Below, in pieces: positions 9,720 to 16,759 of a DNA stretch of 64,000 nt. Within the stretch, counting starts at the first letter, position 1. Every line of letters begins with the position of its first letter. Both the position numbers and the translations under genes were made by a program. The stretch is from the sequence record MZ443783.1; one strand, written 5' to 3'. The notes below the pieces were generated by a model. It ran no database searches. It saw only the letters and a program-made list of their open reading frames with translations, and had not been told where the DNA came from.

Positions 9720-10215
9720 CGATCCCGTCGATGTGCCGAAGACGCATGATGCAATGATCGAAGTGCTGATTGCTATTCGGTACATGTGCACCAAGCGCAT
9801 GATCTTCCCTGTCGTGATTGCTAACATTGAACGGCGTAATGATTATCTGGTGATGAACAAACTCACCTTTAGCATGAAGCCTGGTAAATTCCTGACTGCT
9901 ATTCAGGATAGCAACTGCCCTGTAAACGTGTGCTGGCTCATGCGAGCCTTCACACGCACCGCTCTGCATTTCGGTCTGATGCCTGTGATTGCAGACAGAA
10001 GTGGCGACTTTCAACCTTTAGTTAGTCGCTACTTCACGCAGGACGATCCAGATTTTGCTTACCGTCGTCATTACGACATTCGTTACATGAGCCAGCTCAC
10101 TGATATCCGTAAGCCGCGCCTGTATCTGCTTAATGGAGTTAATTATGGCGTACAAGTCACTCGCCAAGAAACCGAAGAAGTCGAAAGCCGCCAAAGAGGC
10201 AGAGACTCGGAATAA
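9700..10215 (+). CDS. hypothetical protein
   Basis: Part of ORF 9508-10215; start estimated at 9700 (uncertain). Confidence 0.6.
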   Translation: MTRTSNSDPVDVPKTHDAMIEVLIAIRYMCTKRMIFPVVIANIERRNDYLVMNKLTFSMKPGKFLTAIQDSNCPVNVCWLMRAFTRTALHFGLMPVIADRSGDFQPLVSRYFTQDDPDFAYRRHYDIRYMSQLTDIRKPRLYLLNGVNYGVQVTRQETEEVESRQRGRDSE

Positions 10216-10801
10216 GGCACACAAGCAAGCGCGTCGTGGTAAACTTGCTCAGGCAGTGAAAACAATCAGCACTGCCCTCAAGAAATCTCGACGCATGACG
10301 AAAGGTGAGAAACGTGCAATTCAGTTGCAGCCGTTCAAACCCCAAGTCGTACCGCAGCCGCCTAAAACTCCGCTCATGGAGAAAGGTCTTTCGTTGAACG
10401 CGCTGATTAAGTCTACGCCGCGTCTGATGAAAGAGAACGCTATGGAATGTTATGTCAATGGCGTGAAGCGCGGCAAGACGAACAAAGGCCTGCCGATGAT
10501 TATGGCAAACGTTCGTCACAAAGATCCACTGCGTCCTAATAAAACAGTGCGCATTCACAAGCCGATGATCATCGGTCTGGATGATCCGTACAAGCCTATT
10601 TCAAAACAAAAGCGTGTGCTGGTCAGTTGTCCCTGCGAGAACTTTGTGTTCATGTGGGAGTATGCGAACACCGAACATGGTTGTGCGCGAATTATTTACG
10701 GTAACGGCGAGCCACCAGACTTCACTAACCCCGGTCACGCACCTGGTCTGTGTAAGCACCTGATGGCCTTAGCTGATCAAGTCAAACGAAACGGAGATTA
10801 A
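10145..10801 (+). CDS. SWIM zinc-finger protein with basic N-terminus
   Basis: VSCPCENF...GLCKHL (CxC-xn-CxH); GGAG RBS before ATG 10145. Confidence 0.75.
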   Translation: MAYKSLAKKPKKSKAAKEAETRNKAHKQARRGKLAQAVKTISTALKKSRRMTKGEKRAIQLQPFKPQVVPQPPKTPLMEKGLSLNALIKSTPRLMKENAMECYVNGVKRGKTNKGLPMIMANVRHKDPLRPNKTVRIHKPMIIGLDDPYKPISKQKRVLVSCPCENFVFMWEYANTEHGCARIIYGNGEPPDFTNPGHAPGLCKHLMALADQVKRNGD

Positions 10802-10806
10802 TCCGA

Positions 10807-11088
10807 ATGTTCTTTAACAATCCGGCACCAGGCGTTATCCCTAACTATCCGATTGTGCATTCAATCAATGAGATGCACCGTCGTGTGGCTGAACTCAACG
10901 GCGAACTGATCGCTGCTGGCTGCACTGTCGTAGAGTCGTGCGGCGAGATGCTGATCGAGGTCCCTAAGGGCGCATCTGCGAAAGTTGACGATATCATCCA
11001 ACGTCATCAGGATATGTTCAAAGGTCCTGTCCTCAGCCGCCCTGGTCGCTTGCAGATTGGAGGCGAAGATGCAGAAGCAGAAGTTTAA
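10807..11088 (+). CDS. hypothetical protein (93 aa)
   Basis: ORF in operon. Confidence 0.65.
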   Translation: MFFNNPAPGVIPNYPIVHSINEMHRRVAELNGELIAAGCTVVESCGEMLIEVPKGASAKVDDIIQRHQDMFKGPVLSRPGRLQIGGEDAEAEV

Positions 11089-11500
11089 CCCAGCGATCAA
11101 TAGCGTGTCGCTTCACTACGGACCGCTCATTGTTCACGGCCATGCGCAAGATAGCGCATTGAATAACGTTGTGCACCGCACGTTGCTGAACGAACTCAAT
11201 CGCACCTGCGAAGATATGTTCAACAAGATGGCATGTGTCCCTGCTGCCGCTCCGACTTTTGAGTGTGAAGTCACTGACGGTAACACCATTCTCCAATCGC
11301 TCAAACAGTGGCAGGCAGTCATCGAAGGGCAGGCGCCTGCGAAAGAGTTTGAACCGTGCTCTATTCCAGACTGGATGCGTCCGAGTCTTTTGGCTAAGGG
11401 CATGACTGACGCGGAGATCGATAGCATCCTTATCACTGGTATCGAACCTTCGTGGGATGAAACGCCTGGCGTTGTCTTCCGTACGGTGACCATTCCTTAA
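11069..11500 (+). CDS. hypothetical protein
   Basis: GGAGG RBS before ATG 11069. Confidence 0.7.
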   Translation: MQKQKFNPAINSVSLHYGPLIVHGHAQDSALNNVVHRTLLNELNRTCEDMFNKMACVPAAAPTFECEVTDGNTILQSLKQWQAVIEGQAPAKEFEPCSIPDWMRPSLLAKGMTDAEIDSILITGIEPSWDETPGVVFRTVTIP

Positions 11501-11715
11501 TGGCCTGTTCGGGTTGTGGCCGTCGTAGCTCTCGCATTAGTTACAACGGCAGTTCTGCTCCTCAGACAGTAATCGAAGAGGACGATACGTTAAGCGCTGC
11601 GCGTTTAACACCTCATGGCTGGGTACGCACCTGCGTTAAGTGTGGTGCCGTTTCCGAGCCTTCACCCTTTGCAGAAAACATTGAAAAACCTTGTGACTGC
11701 AAAACAGACGAGTGA
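11500..11715 (+). CDS. small Cys-rich protein (71 aa)
   Basis: MACSGCG...CVKCG...CDC; TAATG coupling. Confidence 0.7.
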   Translation: MACSGCGRRSSRISYNGSSAPQTVIEEDDTLSAARLTPHGWVRTCVKCGAVSEPSPFAENIEKPCDCKTDE

Positions 11716-12938
11716 TCAAGATGAGCAATCTCGTTGGTACTGCTGTAGCTTTGGACCATTGTCGCTTCTACGTGGAGAACATGGTCAACATTCAATTCGG
11801 TAATGTTCTCGCTCCTGTTCCACCAGAAGTTCCGTACAACAAGCCGATCAACAGTCGTGTGCTGCATGGTATGATCAAACATACCGAACTCATGTTCGAC
11901 AACTTCATTAGTCGCACTGACCTGCAATTCCCATACGCGCCGATTCTGTATCGTTTCCGTTCTATCTACGGCGTGTATGTTGGTCAATACGCCGATGACG
12001 TGCAGCCTGTTCGCGGCATCCGTCCTGTGTTGAAAGAACACCCGCGCAATCCTGTTCCTGTCAAAGCAGGCGGTGAGCCAGACAAAGAGTTTGCTTCGCG
12101 CTTCCTCAAGCATACGTCTGAACAGGTACGTTCGTTCCTGTACATGGTGTGTCTCGATCAGTATGCGCGTGAGCAGACAGACGTATGGCTGCCTGCGCCT
12201 CCGTTTGACTTCGACCAGCCGACGAACATTCATAACGAAAGCCCGATCGCGTTTACGACTACGCATGACGTTTTGGTCAATCACTTGATGGAAGCGATGT
12301 TGCAGACGTATAGCGATACTCTGGACATTCATGTGTCGCTGCGTGACTACGGTCTGACTGTGTTGTTCCCGCTGGTGGCTGAATGCCGCAACGTGATTTA
12401 TGCCGCTTGGCCGATTACGCGCGAATCATTCCGCACTCCTAAGTTTCTGGACGGCGGTGAGCACGTAGCGTTTGAAGATCTACCTGTTGATGACGACAAA
12501 GAGGTGTGGGAACCAATCCCGCCAATGGGACCTACGTTCGAAAATCAGGCGGAGTGGGAAAAGGCTGTGACTGAAATTGCAGAGTCGTTCAAGCTGCAAG
12601 CATTCACGGATGACGGTGATTCATCGTTTATCCTCAAGCCCGCTCTGTATGCTAGTGGTGATGACTTCCTGTTCTGGAACGAAGGTCCACTGACTGACAA
12701 GTCCATTTTCGATATCGCGGTCGTTCCTGTTGTAGGTAAGTCCTACACTGATCTCGAAGTGCTGTTGCGTAGCGTCGGCAAAACCATTCGTGAATACGCA
12801 GTAGCTCGTGAGTGTCACATCGTCGCCCGCTACATCGAACAGGAAGACCAAATCATCGGTGCACTGTTCCGTGTTCGTCGTAACATCGACTTCCCTAATT
12901 CGCCGCAAGAAGTAATGACTCACGTGGGGTTAGCATGA
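11712..12938 (+). CDS. hypothetical protein (408 aa)
   Basis: Long ORF; C-terminal domain paralogous to 12935-13468. Confidence 0.8.
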   Translation: MIKMSNLVGTAVALDHCRFYVENMVNIQFGNVLAPVPPEVPYNKPINSRVLHGMIKHTELMFDNFISRTDLQFPYAPILYRFRSIYGVYVGQYADDVQPVRGIRPVLKEHPRNPVPVKAGGEPDKEFASRFLKHTSEQVRSFLYMVCLDQYAREQTDVWLPAPPFDFDQPTNIHNESPIAFTTTHDVLVNHLMEAMLQTYSDTLDIHVSLRDYGLTVLFPLVAECRNVIYAAWPITRESFRTPKFLDGGEHVAFEDLPVDDDKEVWEPIPPMGPTFENQAEWEKAVTEIAESFKLQAFTDDGDSSFILKPALYASGDDFLFWNEGPLTDKSIFDIAVVPVVGKSYTDLEVLLRSVGKTIREYAVARECHIVARYIEQEDQIIGALFRVRRNIDFPNSPQEVMTHVGLA

Positions 12939-13468
12939 CAGATCAAGTAATCACATTCGAAGACCAGCAAAGCTGGGAAGACTTCGGTGAAGCTGTTCAC
13001 AATGAGTTTTTGCTGAACACGATGACAGGTAGCAGTAGCGCCAGTCAGATCCCGAGTGTTGGTCCTAACGAAGGCGTGAAACATGCGCTGACCTATGCCA
13101 ACATTCTTCGTGGTGAGCAGTCGCCTATCGTTGTGCTCGATTTGCTGATCGAAGAAGTTGCTTTGGCTGAGGGCGAGACTAGTCCTTTCGATGCTGATGG
13201 TCTTGAGCAGGCCGTGCGTAAAGTAGTGGCGTTGTATCAAGCGCGAGCGCGTGACCTCGACTGTCATATCACTGGTCAGTACCTGACAGATGATAACAAG
13301 GTCATCGGCGCATTGCTGCGTGTGTATCGCAATCAGGACTTCCCGTGTACTGGGCATCCTGAAATGCTGCACGGTAAACCAATCGGTATGTTCCACTGCG
13401 ATAAGTGTCATGAGATGCAAGTCGCTGGTACGTTCCATCTTCCCAAAGAGGAAACTCAAAATGGTTAA
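12935..13468 (+). CDS. hypothetical protein (177 aa)
   Basis: ATGA coupling; C-terminal CDKC. Confidence 0.8.
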   Translation: MTDQVITFEDQQSWEDFGEAVHNEFLLNTMTGSSSASQIPSVGPNEGVKHALTYANILRGEQSPIVVLDLLIEEVALAEGETSPFDADGLEQAVRKVVALYQARARDLDCHITGQYLTDDNKVIGALLRVYRNQDFPCTGHPEMLHGKPIGMFHCDKCHEMQVAGTFHLPKEETQNG

Positions 13469-13928
13469 AGGTGGGTTGTGGCGTGTCTTCCCTGACTATG
13501 ACTCGGAAGCATTGCTGATGAAGCTCGGTGCCGCTATCGGTATCGAGCACGACGAAGACGATGTGCCTGGCGAATTGCACGTTACTCTGGCCTACGACGA
13601 ATCGAACCCTGACGTCAAAGCCGAGCAGAACGATGCGGGCGAGTTCTTCGCTACCGTCAAATGTGCCGAGTTGTTTGGCGAAGGTCAAGATAAGATTCTG
13701 GTACTCGTACTCGAATCACCTGACCTGTGTGCAGAACATGATCGCATTCACGCATGTGGTGCGGCTAAGTGGTCACATAATCAGTACCTCCCTCACGTCA
13801 CGCTGTTGAAGTCTGCCAAAGACAGCCAAGCTGAACATCTCAATCAGATCATTCAGCACCCAGGCCGTCCTCCAATCACTCTGCGCTTCATTGAAGAAGA
13901 TCGCAAGGTGCTGGAGAAGCGTAACTAA
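13461..13928 (+). CDS. 2H phosphoesterase, T4 gp57B/Acb1-like (candidate anti-CBASS nuclease)
   Basis: Two HxT motifs (LHVTLAY, PHVTLLK) and a LVLVLES..L...H segment as in Acb1; GAGG RBS before ATG 13461. Confidence 0.8.
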   Translation: MVKGGLWRVFPDYDSEALLMKLGAAIGIEHDEDDVPGELHVTLAYDESNPDVKAEQNDAGEFFATVKCAELFGEGQDKILVLVLESPDLCAEHDRIHACGAAKWSHNQYLPHVTLLKSAKDSQAEHLNQIIQHPGRPPITLRFIEEDRKVLEKRN

Positions 13929-13933
13929 ATCCT

Positions 13934-13959
13934 AGCGGTGGCCATGTGCTGCCGCTTTT
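13934..13959 (+). terminator. intrinsic terminator
   Basis: AGCGGTGGC-CATGT-GCTGCCGCT-TTT. Confidence 0.65.
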
Positions 13960-13979
13960 GTCGTTCTGGAGATATTTCT

Positions 13980-14309
13980 ATGGAAATGATGGTAAGTCTT
14001 AGCCACGAAATTCGCGTGGAGAAACAGGACAACACTGCGAACGAAGCGCAGACTCAAGGTCCTACTGACGCGCAGCAACGCGCTCTTGATCTCGAAGACC
14101 AGCGCCGCATTGCGGAAGAATACGGTATCGACGCTCCCAAGGAAGAGATTGAAGAAAAGGAGAAGGAACGTATCGAGCGTGAGAAAGAAAAAGAAGAGGA
14201 GAATCGCGTTAGACCACCAGCAGACCTTGGGCAGCGCAAGCCTATCGAAGACAAAGATGTTACCGCTACAGATATCCAAAATGAGCACGATAACCTGACG
14301 AAGATCTAG
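13980..14309 (+). CDS. hypothetical charged protein
   Basis: GGAG RBS before ATG 13980; E/K/R-rich helix. Confidence 0.7.
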   Translation: MEMMVSLSHEIRVEKQDNTANEAQTQGPTDAQQRALDLEDQRRIAEEYGIDAPKEEIEEKEKERIEREKEKEEENRVRPPADLGQRKPIEDKDVTATDIQNEHDNLTKI

Positions 14310-14310
14310 G

Positions 14311-14321
14311 AATCTGTAAAT
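14311..14321 (+). promoter_or_regulatory. AATCTGTAAAT motif upstream of the sigma factor gene
   Basis: Exact motif about 34 nt before ATG 14355. Confidence 0.55.
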
Positions 14322-14354
14322 AAGAGTCAAAGCAACTAACAGGTGTATTTGACC

Positions 14355-15392
14355 ATGAACAATAAGTCGAATCTCACGGGCGGTCAGATAGAAAGCGTCA
14401 TGGACACCATGTTGCATGACTGCCTCCGTGAGATTGTTGAGAACACGGATATCTTCGATATCCAATTGACCTACTTGTTGGGTCTGGTTACGTCAAATAA
14501 AAAGCGAAAGCCATACAACGCAGAAACGCGTGAACGAGCTATCAGCCTTCTGATTAAAGCGCTCTCTGTACCGCGTGACCAGAAGATGGTTTTCATTCAG
14601 GAACTTAAAATGGAGCGTAACTTCATTTATGTCTTCCTGGAAAATGTAATTAAGCGGTACTACTCGGTGTATGTCGATTTGTACCGTGCATTCATCACGA
14701 CGCAAGATCCAATCAAGCGCGTGGCGTATTCAAAACGACTGGATGTGTATGTGAAGATGTTTGGTGCTGAGTCTCGCTCCAAGCTGTTTGTGGCGTTGTG
14801 TCGTTTGAATGACCTACTGCCGCAGTTCATGGAATACTTCCACTCGGTAGTTGCTGACTTCTATCGTCTGTGCAGCAAGCAGACCAAATTCTATGTTGAT
14901 ACCAATCGTGGTAAACTCTACGACAGCAAAGACGTGCGCCAGAACTTCCTGCGTAACGTTATCATTGCAATCAACAAGTATGACTCATCGCGTGGTGCGA
15001 TAGTCAGTTATACGAAGTGGTGGATTCTGAACGCTCAAACCTGTAGTAGCAGCGAGCACGAATACGGCATCGCCTACACTATTCCCCAGACTCAACGTAA
15101 GAAACTGGCGACAGGTGAAGATACCACTTCTCTGAATTTCTCGGTAAGTCTCGATACTCCAGCCAATGAATCTGATGAAGGTGCGGACGCGTCCCTACAT
15201 CAAAAGGTGAGTGACCATCATCACCTGGAAGATCACGTTGATAGTGAAAGACGTACCGAAAAACTGAGACTGCTTATCAAGCGCGTTGACCCTCTCGGTG
15301 TTGCTCGACTAACGATGGACGTTGGCGAGGAGTTCGATAAGTTTGAACTCGACCTCATGCGTAAACATATGCAAGCTCAAGGGCTAGCCTAA
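14355..15392 (+). CDS. phage RNA polymerase sigma factor (sigma70 family, region 4 apparently degenerate)
   Basis: Region 2-like DVRQNFLRNVIIAINKYDSSRGAIVSYTKWWILNA and region 3-like SLDTP; no recognisable 4.2 HTH. Confidence 0.75.
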   Translation: MNNKSNLTGGQIESVMDTMLHDCLREIVENTDIFDIQLTYLLGLVTSNKKRKPYNAETRERAISLLIKALSVPRDQKMVFIQELKMERNFIYVFLENVIKRYYSVYVDLYRAFITTQDPIKRVAYSKRLDVYVKMFGAESRSKLFVALCRLNDLLPQFMEYFHSVVADFYRLCSKQTKFYVDTNRGKLYDSKDVRQNFLRNVIIAINKYDSSRGAIVSYTKWWILNAQTCSSSEHEYGIAYTIPQTQRKKLATGEDTTSLNFSVSLDTPANESDEGADASLHQKVSDHHHLEDHVDSERRTEKLRLLIKRVDPLGVARLTMDVGEEFDKFELDLMRKHMQAQGLA

Positions 15393-15402
15393 AACTGTAA
15401 AC
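15392..15402 (+). promoter_or_regulatory. AAACTGTAAAC motif upstream of the SSB gene
   Basis: Variant of the CTGTAAAY motif, about 40 nt before ATG 15442. Confidence 0.5.
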
Positions 15403-15441
15403 AGTGCATATCATAGCACAACTCAATATTGAGGAAATATA

Positions 15442-16701
15442 ATGGCACGTGGATTTGGTGACATTCAGGACAACAGCAAACGTGATAGTCTGCGTGAGTC
15501 CGAAATCTTTGAAATCTTCCCGCTCTCAAAGAAAGCAAACGGCAACTGGGTATCAATCCGCCTGTTAGATCTCGACCTGCTTCCTATCAAGAAGCACTGG
15601 ATCAAGATCATGGGCGGCAAAGACAAAGATAAAGAAATCAAAATCCCGCGCATGTGCGTTAACTTCGATCCGGATAATCAGAACAAACCTCTGAACGGTA
15701 TGAAGTGTCCGTACTGCGGTATTGCACACGGCAACGACGAATCTGGTGCGCCAGCGCAGTACGACTACAAGTGGTATGCGCAAGCGATCATCCGTGACGA
15801 GCAGGCCGCTGCGCCGCGTAAAATGCCGAAGCTCTCTAAGAAAGAGCAGAAGACCGGCAAGAAAGAAATGGGCAGCGAAGCATGGACTCCAGTTCAGTGT
15901 ATTCCGCTGTCTAACTCTCTGGCGCAGAAAATCAAAGAGCTGGGCGAGCGTAACATTCATACCGTGAAAGATAAAAAATCCGGTAAGAAGTCTAAGCAAG
16001 CGTTCCAGGTCAACCATCCGAAGTATGGCTGCGATATTGAAATCAAATACAACGCCAAGAAATCTCCGGCCGAGCGTTACACAATCGAACGTGGTGACCA
16101 TACGCCACTGACCAGCGATGAAAAAGAATATCTGACCTGGGACTTCGACAACTGGCCAGAAATCTACGACATGCTCGGTCGTCTGAACGAAGAAGCCGCT
16201 ATGGCTGACTTCAAAAAGATGGACGTTATCGGCGTTAACACCAACGACTCTGACGATGGTGACGACGATGAAGATGACGACGACATGGCGCTGGGCCGCA
16301 AGAAGAAAGGCGGCAAGGCAGACAAGAAAAAACGTCGCAGCGATGACGATGACGATGACGACGATGACGAAGACGAAGATGAAGATGATCGTCGTAAGTC
16401 TAAAAAGTCCAAGCCGACCAAGTCTCGCAAAATGCTGGACGACGATGAGGATGACGACGACGAAGACGAAGATGAAGATGATCGTCCGTCGAAGTCGAAG
16501 AAGTCTAAGGACAAAAAGTCCAAGTCTTCTAAAAAGTCCAAGCGTTCCAGCGACGATGACGACGACGAAGACGACAAGCCTGCGAAGAAGAAAAAGAAAT
16601 CTTCTGACAAGGTGAAATCATCCGATAAGAAGAAAAAGAAAAAGTCTTCTGATGACGATGACGACGACGCGCCGAAGAAGAAAAAGAAAAAGAAAAAGTA
16701 A
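15442..16701 (+). CDS. putative single-stranded DNA-binding protein (gp32-like) with a long D/K tail
   Basis: Lies directly before recA; aromatic-rich N-domain with CPYC; C-terminal ~150 aa of alternating poly-D and poly-K blocks. Confidence 0.6.
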   Translation: MARGFGDIQDNSKRDSLRESEIFEIFPLSKKANGNWVSIRLLDLDLLPIKKHWIKIMGGKDKDKEIKIPRMCVNFDPDNQNKPLNGMKCPYCGIAHGNDESGAPAQYDYKWYAQAIIRDEQAAAPRKMPKLSKKEQKTGKKEMGSEAWTPVQCIPLSNSLAQKIKELGERNIHTVKDKKSGKKSKQAFQVNHPKYGCDIEIKYNAKKSPAERYTIERGDHTPLTSDEKEYLTWDFDNWPEIYDMLGRLNEEAAMADFKKMDVIGVNTNDSDDGDDDEDDDDMALGRKKKGGKADKKKRRSDDDDDDDDDEDEDEDDRRKSKKSKPTKSRKMLDDDEDDDDEDEDEDDRPSKSKKSKDKKSKSSKKSKRSSDDDDDEDDKPAKKKKKSSDKVKSSDKKKKKKSSDDDDDDAPKKKKKKKK

Positions 16702-16711
16702 TTCGCAACAC

Positions 16712-16740
16712 GGGGTAGCTTAGGCTGCCCCTTCTTTTCT
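16712..16740 (+). terminator. intrinsic terminator
   Basis: GGGGTAGC-TTAG-GCTGCCCC-TTCTTTT. Confidence 0.8.
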
Positions 16741-16759
16741 CAATCTGGACTATCCCACA

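Noticed and set aside
13290-13460. N-terminal extension of the 2H protein to 212 aa
   Set aside because: It overlaps 12935-13468; the RBS and Acb1-like size support a start at 13461
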